Source of the DNA: an uncultured bacterium
GTDB lineage: Bacteria; Acidobacteriota; HRBIN11; JAKEFK01
Assembly (NCBI GenBank): GCA_963777505.1
Contig: CAVZQN010000004.1
Location: 1,216,001 to 1,280,000, forward strand
Direction of reading: 5' to 3'
Length of the DNA stretch: 64,000 bases
The position numbers and the translations under genes are program-made. The notes under the pieces are model-generated. The model made no database searches and was not told the DNA's origin. It worked only from the letters and a program-made list of their open reading frames with translations. This document shows positions 10,503 to 19,183 of the stretch, piece by piece. How positions within the stretch are numbered: the first letter of the stretch is position 1; every line of letters begins with the position of its first letter.

Positions 10503-12089
10503 TTAATGGCCGGCACCGCCCGCAGCTTCGTTCATTTTTGCGAGTGCATCATCGATCGTGAAGCTCGCCGCCTTTTGTGCGGCAGGGAAGTCTTTGAATG
10601 TTTCGGCGAACTTTCCAGCAATCGTTTGTGCTGCGTAGATCATGTAGGCATGATACAAATACCAGTCGTAATAACTGTTCGATGTAACGTCGGCAAACTC
10701 ATACGGATCAGTTCGCAGGTTAAAGATCTTAGGCAGCCGCAAAGGCGTAAACGGCTCCGCCCACACTTGTAAGGTGCCGTGACAACGCTGCTCCATAAAT
10801 ACAATCTTCCAATTGTCATAACGGATCGCGAGCACGTCGCCGTCATCACTGAAATACATGAACAACTTACGCGGGCTTTCTTTTTGTTTGCCAGTTAGAT
10901 ACGGCAGCAGATTGAAACCGTCGATATGATTCTTGAATTTTTTGCCATTGGCAGTGTGTCCTTTTTTTAATTTCTCAACAACATCCGGTTCTCCGGCCAT
11001 CGCTAGAAACGTAGGCAACCAATCGTGATGCTGCACGATTTCGTTTGATACCGTTCCAGCCGGAATTTTGCCAGGCCACCGCACGATCATCGGAATTCGA
11101 AATGCGCCCTCCCAGTTCGTATTCTTTTCACTGCGGAATGGAGTCATACCGCCATCCGGCCAGGTGTTGCGGTGCGGACCGTTATCGGTCGAATACATTA
11201 CGAAGGTATTCTCTGCGATCCCTAGTTCATCCAGGTAGTCAAGCATTTGACCGACATTTTTATCGTGATCGATCATAGTATCGTGATAAGGCGACTGCCA
11301 GCGGCCGGCCTGGCCGAGGCTCTTTGATTTGGTATGCGTAATGCAGTGCATGTGAGTCGTATTGAGCCACACGAAGAAAGGCTTTCCTGCTTTGTCCTGT
11401 CGTTTAATAAAATCTTTTGCTGCGGCAACAAATTCATCATCACAAGTTTCCATCCGTTTCTTTGTGAGTGGACCGGTGTCTTTGATCTTCTGTTTGCCGA
11501 CTTTGCCCCAGCGCGGTTGTACAGTTGGATCGTCTTTGTCAGACGCCCAACATTGCATCACGCCACGTGGTCCGAAATTTTTCCTGAAGTTAGGGAAGTC
11601 TTTTTCGGGAGGATAGTCGTACATTTCGGGTTCCTCCTCCGCATTGAGATGATACAAATTCCCAAAGAACTCATCGAAACCATGCACAGTCGGCAGATAT
11701 TTGTTCATGTCTCCTAGGTGGTTCTTGCCAAACTGGCCTGTGGCGTAACCATGGTTCTTGAGCAATTCGGCAATTGTCACAGTTTCTGCCTGAAGACCGA
11801 CAGGTGCAGCAGGGATACCGACCTTGGACAGACCAGTCCGATATGGACTTTGCCCGGTGATGAATGATGATCGGCCTGCAGTGCAGCTTTGCTCACCGTA
11901 GGAATCCGTAAACATCATTCCTTCTCTTGCAAGACGATCAATGTTGGGTGTTTGATATCCCATTAATCCGTGTGAATAGCAACTGAGATTGGAGATACCA
12001 ATATCATCACCCCAGATGACAAGTATGTTTGGTTTTTGTGTGGATTTACTTGATTGCGTTTTACTTTTAGCGGTTCGACTTTTAGCCAT
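10503..12089 (-). CDS. Arylsulfatase (Cys-type, CTAGR)
   Basis: KPNILVIWGDDIG, SCTAGRSSFITG, GKNHLG and TDNG motifs; no signal peptide. Confidence 0.95.
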   Translation of the reverse strand: MAKSRTAKSKTQSSKSTQKPNILVIWGDDIGISNLSCYSHGLMGYQTPNIDRLAREGMMFTDSYGEQSCTAGRSSFITGQSPYRTGLSKVGIPAAPVGLQAETVTIAELLKNHGYATGQFGKNHLGDMNKYLPTVHGFDEFFGNLYHLNAEEEPEMYDYPPEKDFPNFRKNFGPRGVMQCWASDKDDPTVQPRWGKVGKQKIKDTGPLTKKRMETCDDEFVAAAKDFIKRQDKAGKPFFVWLNTTHMHCITHTKSKSLGQAGRWQSPYHDTMIDHDKNVGQMLDYLDELGIAENTFVMYSTDNGPHRNTWPDGGMTPFRSEKNTNWEGAFRIPMIVRWPGKIPAGTVSNEIVQHHDWLPTFLAMAGEPDVVEKLKKGHTANGKKFKNHIDGFNLLPYLTGKQKESPRKLFMYFSDDGDVLAIRYDNWKIVFMEQRCHGTLQVWAEPFTPLRLPKIFNLRTDPYEFADVTSNSYYDWYLYHAYMIYAAQTIAGKFAETFKDFPAAQKAASFTIDDALAKMNEAAGGAGH

Positions 12090-12101
12090 AAGATTTTCTC
12101 C

Positions 12102-12566
12102 TTATCCGAATGGACCCATGTGAAAAACCATGCTCATGATCACAATAATGCCGATTATGAGCAGAAGAATTGCTGTCATTAAAGTTAACGATGGAGGAAA
12201 CAAGCTCTCCGCATGAACCAGTCCTTCTTCCTTCATTTTTAATCGTTCATGCCGGAGCCCAACCATAAATTGAATGTGATAAATGATTCCCGTAATTAAC
12301 ATCAAAACTCCAAGCACAACTAACCAGACTCCAAAATGGCGTGCTGGCGCAGCGCTACCTTGCAGCACATTTGATTCCTGTAGTTTTTTAAAGAATTGGA
12401 AAATCGTGAAACCGAAACTGATGAGTGAAAGAGAGGTTCGAATCACTGACATCAATGTACGATCGGCGCTCATCCGCGTACGTTGAAACGACATACCAGT
12501 GCGACGTGAAGACAGTTCTACGGATTTCAGCTCAGGATCAGTTATCTTTCTGGTCTGGCATTCCAT
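12102..12566 (-). CDS. DUF202/YidH-family membrane protein
   Basis: RTRMSADRTLMSVIRTSLSLISFGF followed by TM helices. Confidence 0.88.
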   Translation of the reverse strand: MECQTRKITDPELKSVELSSRRTGMSFQRTRMSADRTLMSVIRTSLSLISFGFTIFQFFKKLQESNVLQGSAAPARHFGVWLVVLGVLMLITGIIYHIQFMVGLRHERLKMKEEGLVHAESLFPPSLTLMTAILLLIIGIIVIMSMVFHMGPFG

Positions 12567-12576
12567 CTCCTACTCA

Positions 12577-12978
12577 TTACTGACGAAAAATTACTGCAAT
12601 TAAGCTCGCGACACCAAGAATTGAAATTAGTGCCGCAACCAATGTTGCGAGAGAGAATTCCTGGTAGATGTATTGTTTCCTAAAATTCCGCATGTATTGC
12701 CAATTCTGGAGAGTGGCAAACAGAAGTGAAACCAACGCGATGGTGATCAAGAACATTGCGAAATATCGTGGTCCGAAAACTCGATGCACTGGTGGGTGTG
12801 TTCCGCTTTCATGTAGATACTGAAAAAATTTATAGATTGTGAATCCGAAACTGATTAATGATGCCGAAGTTCTGACCCACGCCATCAAGGTTCGCTCGTG
12901 AGCGAGCTGCGTACGATCCAATGCAAGTTGATTTGAATCTATTTTTTGCGCCGCAATTTCTTTGGAAGTGTCCGCCAT
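12577..12978 (-). CDS. DUF202/YidH-family membrane protein
   Basis: RTQLAHERTLMAWVRTSASLISFGF followed by TM helices. Confidence 0.9.
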   Translation of the reverse strand: MADTSKEIAAQKIDSNQLALDRTQLAHERTLMAWVRTSASLISFGFTIYKFFQYLHESGTHPPVHRVFGPRYFAMFLITIALVSLLFATLQNWQYMRNFRKQYIYQEFSLATLVAALISILGVASLIAVIFRQ

Positions 12979-13021
12979 CTAATTCGCCTCCACTTGAATT
13001 CGATATTTCAGAAACAAACGC

Positions 13022-13055
13022 AAGAAGGACCCAGGTTCAATCCCAGATCCTTTTT
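13022..13055 (-). terminator. Possible terminator after the upstream sulfatase
   Basis: Minus strand GGATCTGGG-ATTGAA-CCTGGGTCC (several G-U pairs) followed by TTCTT. Confidence 0.4.
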
Positions 13056-13075
13056 GCTAGCTATATTCGTTTAAA

Positions 13076-14635
13076 TTAGTTGCTGCTACCGTGAGGGTTT
13101 TCCATTTTCCTTTGAGCTTGCTCAAGAGCTTTATGCATACTCAGCGTGTCGGCGCCTTGAGATGGGGGAAACTCCATCATGCTTTTAAGATGCGCAGCAA
13201 TGATAGGCCCACCAGCTGTGGGCGCCCACAACTTTGAACCGAAGAACTTGCGGCCTATGTAACCCCATTCATGCGATTCAGGATCCATTTTTTCCAACGG
13301 GTCCATGCGTAGATTGAAAATGTATGGAACGCTTGGATAATACTTTTCATTCCACCAGCTTCCCTCTCGCTTCACTCCGATGTGCATCTTCCAGTTGCCA
13401 ACGCGGACTGCCATCAGGTCAGTTTCGTCATAGTAGAAAATTTCTTTTCGAGCTGATTTTTCCGATTTACCAGTCCAGTGATCAATGTTGTTGTAGCCGT
13501 CAAGATGAACCTTGTATGTGGTGTCACCCATCTTGTAACCTTTGAGCAACTTGTCTTTTAAATCTGGTAATCCTGCTGCCGCGGCAAGCGTAGCGAATAG
13601 GTCTTCATGGCTTTGGATTTCGTTCGAGACGCTTCCGGCCGGAATTTGTCCGGGCCAGCGAATTAAGCAAGGCACGCGTAGTCCGCCTTCCCATGTGGTA
13701 CCTTTTTCTCCACGGTATGGTGCATAGCCGCCGTCAGGCCATAGCATGAGCTCATTTCCGTTATCGGTTGTGTAAATGACAATTGTGTTGTCCGCGACGC
13801 CTAGATCTTCCAATTTCTTGAGCAACGCTCCGATCTGTTCATCGTGTTCGATCATCTTTGCACGGACAACATCTTCTTCCGCTCGTCCTTCATCAACTGC
13901 CATCTGAACGTACTTTTTCTGCGGATGCGAGAAGATGTGAATTGCAGTTGTGTTGAACCAACAAAAGAATGGTTTATCACCTTTGCCATTGCGATCCAGC
14001 CAGTTCAACGTATGATCAAGAACTTCGGAATCGAAAGTTTCCATACGTTTGCGAGTTAGCGGTCCGGTGTTTTCGATTTTTTGTTTGCCTACACGTCCGA
14101 ACTTCGGATCTTCCGATGGATCATCCTCATTCGTCGCCCACGCATGAAGTACGCCGCGTGGTCCGAACTTCTTCAAGTACTCAGGATTCTTCTGACCTGG
14201 ATAATCGAGTTCTTCCGGTTCTTCTTCTGCGTTGAGGTGATAGAGATTACCGAACCATTCATCAAATCCATGAACAGTTGGCAGAAATTCGTTACGATCG
14301 CCGAGGTGGTTTTTTCCAAATTGACTCGTCACATATCCTTGCGATTTAAGTACTTCTGCAAGAGTTGGATCACTCTTTTGAATCCCGCGCGTTGATCCAG
14401 GAATGCCGATCGTGGTCATTCCTGTGCGGACGGGAAATTGGCCCATGATAAATGCTGCACGTCCGGCAGTGCAGCTTGGTTGTGCGTAATGATCGGTGAA
14501 CAGGATACCTTCCTTGCCGACTTTGTCGATATTGGGAGTTTTACCCATCATCCCATGCGTATAAAGACCGACATTCCACGTACCAATGTCATCGCCAAAG
14601 ATTACGAGGATGTTCGGTTTGTCTGTTTTTGCCAT
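13076..14635 (-). CDS. Arylsulfatase (Cys-type, CTAGR)
   Basis: KPNILVIFGDDIG, SCTAGRAAFIMG and GKNHLG motifs; no signal peptide. Confidence 0.95.
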   Translation of the reverse strand: MAKTDKPNILVIFGDDIGTWNVGLYTHGMMGKTPNIDKVGKEGILFTDHYAQPSCTAGRAAFIMGQFPVRTGMTTIGIPGSTRGIQKSDPTLAEVLKSQGYVTSQFGKNHLGDRNEFLPTVHGFDEWFGNLYHLNAEEEPEELDYPGQKNPEYLKKFGPRGVLHAWATNEDDPSEDPKFGRVGKQKIENTGPLTRKRMETFDSEVLDHTLNWLDRNGKGDKPFFCWFNTTAIHIFSHPQKKYVQMAVDEGRAEEDVVRAKMIEHDEQIGALLKKLEDLGVADNTIVIYTTDNGNELMLWPDGGYAPYRGEKGTTWEGGLRVPCLIRWPGQIPAGSVSNEIQSHEDLFATLAAAAGLPDLKDKLLKGYKMGDTTYKVHLDGYNNIDHWTGKSEKSARKEIFYYDETDLMAVRVGNWKMHIGVKREGSWWNEKYYPSVPYIFNLRMDPLEKMDPESHEWGYIGRKFFGSKLWAPTAGGPIIAAHLKSMMEFPPSQGADTLSMHKALEQAQRKMENPHGSSN

Positions 14636-14710
14636 AAATTTTGACTCCTTATGCCAGATGTTTTGGCTCTTTCTGAATTATTTGTGGCGTTCTTTCATAG
14701 AATGCCTTTA

Positions 14711-15688
14711 TCATTTTTGTTTTGGACGAACGATGCAACGGATTCCAAGATGACATGTTGAAGTATCAATTGGTTGAGCCATGCGTGCGGCAGGCCGATA
14801 ACGCAAACAATAATTTGGTGCGCATAAATAGGAACCCCCTTTCATTACTTTGCGTGGGATTTTCACATTCGGTGTTCGCGGATCATAGCTCTTTTCGGGA
14901 TCACCAACTCTCGGATTGATTGCACCACAACAGGATTTAACGATCTGGTTATGTTCCTGATACCAATCCGTAGTCCATTCCCAAACATTTCCACCCATGT
15001 CATACAATCCGTATCCATTGGGTGGAAATGAACCAACTGGTGCAGTCCATTCGTAGCCATCCGATAAAAGATTTTCGTTTGGAAATTCACCTTGCCAGGT
15101 GTTTGCCATCATCTGGCCATTGGGAGAAGAATCATCGCCCCAGGTGTAAGTTGCACCTTCCAATCCACCGCGCGCAGCAAATTCCCACTCCGCTTCAGTC
15201 GGCAATTCCTTGCCTGCCCACTTTGCATATGCAATAGCATCGCTGAATGCAACGTGAACTACCGGATGATTCCCGAGTCCTTCAATCGAACTTTCGGGAC
15301 CGCGCGGATGACGCCAATCTGCACCCGGTATGTAAGTCCACCAATTGTATGGATTGCTTAAATCCACACGATGACTCGGTTTTTGAAATACAACGGACGC
15401 AGGTACCAGCATTTCTGGTAATGCACCCGGATAATCTTCAGCTTTTGGTGGACGCTCCGCAGATGTGACGCGACCGGTTTTTTCAATGAACAGGCTAAAT
15501 TGATCGTTGGTAATTGTGTGTTGGTCCATCCAGAATCCATCTACAACCACTTCATGAACCGGTGCTTCTTCGCGATAGTGATCATCCGAACCCATTTGAA
15601 ACTTGCCGCCAGGAATCCAGATCATGCCTTCAAATGGCGGCGCGCCTGCAACCTCCGTATCGATCTGTTTTTTTGAATGTTGCGTCAT
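14711..15688 (-). CDS. Formylglycine-generating enzyme (aerobic sulfatase maturase)
   Basis: LPTEAEWEFAARGG, NGYGLYDMGGNVWEW and KGGSYLCAPNYCLRYRPAAR with the two catalytic Cys. Confidence 0.95.
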   Translation of the reverse strand: MTQHSKKQIDTEVAGAPPFEGMIWIPGGKFQMGSDDHYREEAPVHEVVVDGFWMDQHTITNDQFSLFIEKTGRVTSAERPPKAEDYPGALPEMLVPASVVFQKPSHRVDLSNPYNWWTYIPGADWRHPRGPESSIEGLGNHPVVHVAFSDAIAYAKWAGKELPTEAEWEFAARGGLEGATYTWGDDSSPNGQMMANTWQGEFPNENLLSDGYEWTAPVGSFPPNGYGLYDMGGNVWEWTTDWYQEHNQIVKSCCGAINPRVGDPEKSYDPRTPNVKIPRKVMKGGSYLCAPNYCLRYRPAARMAQPIDTSTCHLGIRCIVRPKQK

Positions 15689-16575
15689 TACTTTGAAATA
15701 ACTGGTTGGTTCGCAAGCTGTGATTCTTCTTCGTCTCGAAACGCAAATTTTGTAACCAGTGAAAATAAGAAGTTCATTGGAATCGAAATTCCGCTGAAAG
15801 CAAGAATGGGAACGAATACATTTGTCCCGGAGAAATCATGAATCGCAATCGGCAAGCAAACACCGACATTCCGCAAACTTGTCGCGATTGCCATCGTTTT
15901 CTTATCGCGCACTTCTTTGCCACCCAGAATCCACCCGATTGTCCAGGAAATAATTACGAGAAGTGCAATGAAAGCCACTCCATTGATTCCCATTGATTTC
16001 ATCGCCGGTTTTTTCGCGCCGGATGAAAGAAAAGTTACGAGAACAAAGAGAACAATCGATAACGTTCCAATGAATTTGGCAAGCTTTTCAGCGCGGTCAG
16101 TCTGCATGTGTTGAGCCAACCATTTTCCCAATAAGATGGGTAACGGAATTAACATCAGTAACAAAAACATCAACCTTAAAATGCGGACGATCTTTTGGTC
16201 AGCACCAAGAAAAAACTGTGCGAAAAGGGGAGTAAAAATGATTCCAACAACAGCAAGTAAAATCAAAAGCGCAACGGCTAAATGAACGTTGCCTTTTGAT
16301 ACCCGTGCGAAATTTAAAGCGAATAAACCGCCAGGAGCAAAAGCTAGAAGCAACAGCCCGGTTTTAATATCTGGAGATAAGGTGAAGACCTTCAACAGAA
16401 TCAAACAAACGACCGGAACTAAAACAAGGTTAGCGAACAGCGCATTAAAAATGAATTTCGGACTTTTTAGTAGTGTGATGATTTCGTTGGGTTTTGTTTC
16501 AAGGCCAACCGAAAACATGTAGACAATCAGAAAGAGGTAAGATAAAACCTGAATGTATGTAGGGAGTATTTCCAT
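15688..16575 (-). CDS. Bile acid:sodium symporter (BASS/SBF) family transporter
   Basis: About 9 TM helices with ANLVLVP, APGG and SLRNVGVCL motifs. Confidence 0.85.
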   Translation of the reverse strand: MEILPTYIQVLSYLFLIVYMFSVGLETKPNEIITLLKSPKFIFNALFANLVLVPVVCLILLKVFTLSPDIKTGLLLLAFAPGGLFALNFARVSKGNVHLAVALLILLAVVGIIFTPLFAQFFLGADQKIVRILRLMFLLLMLIPLPILLGKWLAQHMQTDRAEKLAKFIGTLSIVLFVLVTFLSSGAKKPAMKSMGINGVAFIALLVIISWTIGWILGGKEVRDKKTMAIATSLRNVGVCLPIAIHDFSGTNVFVPILAFSGISIPMNFLFSLVTKFAFRDEEESQLANQPVISK

Positions 16576-16664
16576 TGGGAATCCATCCCCCTACACCGTC
16601 CCGCGAGGCTCAACACGCACAAAAAGCCTCACATTCAATTTATTAATGGTTCGATAAAACTACC

Positions 16665-16683
16665 ATTGGACTTTAGTCCATAT
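16665..16683. promoter_or_regulatory. DosR-box-like palindrome (TGGACT-TT-AGTCCA)
   Basis: Perfect 6-bp arms, about 90 bp upstream of the BASS-FGE-sulfatase genes. Confidence 0.6.
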
Positions 16684-16721
16684 TCCTTGGTGAGGTGAAG
16701 TGTTGTATGGCGAGAGTTATA

Positions 16722-17723
16722 TTACTTGAAAATCTGCTTCCAATCATTTTTTATGCTGACAACAATCCATTTGCGTTGGATTGCTTCATCCCATGCCTTG
16801 TCCAATTTTCCAATATGAGATTTTCGATCGTAAGAGAATTCTCTTTCGGCATCATCATGATGCACGATGAGCATTAATCTAGAACCCGATCCTGCAGCAG
16901 CGTATTGAAGCATTTGCAGATCCCCATCAGAATTTCCGAAAGCAAGAATCGGACGGCGTCCGATAAATCTGTTGATTCCTACCGGTTTTCCTTCTTTATC
17001 ATCAATGAATTCAATTTCAGGCAATTTCACCAGGACAGGCCTTCCGTTACGCATTTCAAGTTTTGTTTTGCCTGAGGAACCAACAACCTGCTCCGGCGGA
17101 ATTCCATAAACGTTTTCAGTCCACGGCCGCATGAATTCGATCCCACCGCCTGAAACAATAAATGTTTTGAATCCATTTGCGCGCAAATAAGAAAGAAGTT
17201 CAATTTGTGGTTGATAAACCAATTCCGTATAGGACCGTTGAAACTTTGGATGTTTCGCAGTTTTTGTCCAATCGGAAACGATCTTTGAAAATTCTTCAGT
17301 GGTCATTCCGGAATGTGTAACGACCATGATTTCACCTATTGCTTTTTCGCCACCCGCAAGTGCCCCTTTCAAATCTCCCGCAAGGATCGATTTAAAAGGC
17401 TCTTTTTCTTTCCACTCCGGATGTTGAGAAGAGAGCGTCTTGATTCGATCGATCGCAAATGCTAGTTGAAAATAAAGAGGCTGTTCACACCAAAGGGTTC
17501 CATCATTGTCGAATGTAGCGATTCTTTCCGCGGGTGCCACATATTTCTCTCCACCTTCTTTTGTTACATCAGCAACAAATTGCAGGATTGCTTTCTTCGT
17601 AGAACCCTCATTCCATGAAGGCAGCGGATCTTCGGCTGCAAAGCTAAAAGAGGTACAAAGCGTTACTAAGAATGTAGCAATTGCGCAAATTCGAATTGAT
17701 TTACGTCTTTGCGGTTGATTCAT
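16722..17723 (-). CDS. HAD-family hydrolase with signal peptide
   Basis: TFDNDGTLWCEQP, IVSGGG and FGNSDGD motifs. ATG at 17723 overlaps the ppk2 stop (ATGA). Signal peptide ends around SFA-AED. Confidence 0.92.
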   Translation of the reverse strand: MNQPQRRKSIRICAIATFLVTLCTSFSFAAEDPLPSWNEGSTKKAILQFVADVTKEGGEKYVAPAERIATFDNDGTLWCEQPLYFQLAFAIDRIKTLSSQHPEWKEKEPFKSILAGDLKGALAGGEKAIGEIMVVTHSGMTTEEFSKIVSDWTKTAKHPKFQRSYTELVYQPQIELLSYLRANGFKTFIVSGGGIEFMRPWTENVYGIPPEQVVGSSGKTKLEMRNGRPVLVKLPEIEFIDDKEGKPVGINRFIGRRPILAFGNSDGDLQMLQYAAAGSGSRLMLIVHHDDAEREFSYDRKSHIGKLDKAWDEAIQRKWIVVSIKNDWKQIFK

Positions 17724-18619
17724 TTTTCGTCTAGCAGCGCTTGTCTTGCGAGTTGCAGCTCCTTCTTCTGTTTCGCATCTACTATGGGAAAATGAAGATC
17801 CATTTCCATTAAAGCATCTGCAACTGCGGCGGCAACCACCAGACGCCCAAACCACTTATGATCGTTCGGCACAACATACCAGGGTGCATTCTCTGTGGCG
17901 GTGTTCCGGATCATATCATCGTATGCATTCATGTATTCTTTCCAGAACTCGCGCTCTTTCGCATCTTTAATTGAAAACTTCCAATTCTTTTCAGGACGTT
18001 CCAAACGTTCCAGAAAACGTTCCTTCTGTTCCTTTTTTGAAATATGGAGAAAGAATTTTACAACCGCTATACCGTTGCGAGTTAAATAGCGCTCAAAACT
18101 TCTGATGTCTCTAAATCGCTGGTTCCAGATATCCTTTGTTACCATAGACGGTGGTAACTTTTGGGCATTCAAAATATCCGAATGAACGCGCACAACAAGA
18201 GTCTCTTCATAGTAAGAACGATTAAAAATTCCAATGCGTCCACGTTCGGGTAAGCAGCGTGTGGTTCTCCAAAGATAATCATGATCCAGATCTTCATCCG
18301 AAGGTTTCTTGAATGAATAAACCTGGCAACCTTGAGGATTAATTCCTGACATTACGTGTTTGATCGTGCTGTCTTTTCCGGCCGCATCCATGGCTTGAAA
18401 AACTAAGAGCAGGCCCCAGCGATCCTGCGCATAGAGTTTTTCCTGAAGTTCTCGTACAAGTTCTACACCTTTTTCCAACCATTCTATTGCTTCAGGTTTC
18501 GATTCTGATTCAAAACCACCACTATCATCAGGATCAAAATCTTTTAACCTGAATTTTTTCCCGTCATCCACTCGGTATGGCTTAATGAATTTTCTAACTC
18601 TCTTGCTATCTAGTTTCAT
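17720..18619 (-). CDS. ppk2: Polyphosphate kinase 2 family (class III-like)
   Basis: FQAMDAAGKDSTIK (Walker A), FNRSYYEE (Walker B) and KNWKFS lid motif. Confidence 0.95.
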   Translation of the reverse strand: MKLDSKRVRKFIKPYRVDDGKKFRLKDFDPDDSGGFESESKPEAIEWLEKGVELVRELQEKLYAQDRWGLLLVFQAMDAAGKDSTIKHVMSGINPQGCQVYSFKKPSDEDLDHDYLWRTTRCLPERGRIGIFNRSYYEETLVVRVHSDILNAQKLPPSMVTKDIWNQRFRDIRSFERYLTRNGIAVVKFFLHISKKEQKERFLERLERPEKNWKFSIKDAKEREFWKEYMNAYDDMIRNTATENAPWYVVPNDHKWFGRLVVAAAVADALMEMDLHFPIVDAKQKKELQLARQALLDEK

Positions 18620-18780
18620 TTGATTTTGACTTCCTTTGGTTAATAGTTATATCTATGATAAATCTCTACTTGCGAAAACAGAATACCTCCGTAAATCTAC
18701 TGCCAATTTATATCAGGATTTTTCGTGATGCGAGATTTTTGGATTTGTGTTTTGATACAGTAAAGTTGTCATGAGGCATT

Positions 18781-19182
18781 TTGGCTCATAAAATGAATGC
18801 AAATGGGCTTCTCATTCATATCGTTGATGATGAAGAGCCTATACGTAAAGCTTTATCGCGACTTTTTCTTGCAGCCGGTTTTCGAGTGAATACTTTTGCC
18901 AGCGGTGATGAATTTCTGAAATCACTTCGATCCAATTTTCCCGATTGCCTCATCCTGGATTTACACATGCCTGGTTTGTCCGGCCTAGATATCCTGCACC
19001 GACTGGCTCAAGAAGGCATTCGACTCCCAACAGTAATCATTACGGGACACGATGAACCTGGAGTGAGAGAAAGAGCTTTACGTGCAGGTGCTCTAGATTA
19101 CTTACCGAAGCCTCTTGAGGGACGTGAACTGATTCGCAGAGTGACTGAAGCTGCAAAATCAGGCGGGACGGTTGAAGAGTGA
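18781..19182 (+). CDS. Single-domain response regulator (FixJ-like receiver)
   Basis: IVDDEEPIR...LILDLHMPGLSG...ITGHD...YLPKP with no output domain. Start may be 18793. Confidence 0.9.
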   Translation: MAHKMNANGLLIHIVDDEEPIRKALSRLFLAAGFRVNTFASGDEFLKSLRSNFPDCLILDLHMPGLSGLDILHRLAQEGIRLPTVIITGHDEPGVRERALRAGALDYLPKPLEGRELIRRVTEAAKSGGTVEE

Positions 19183-19183
19183 C

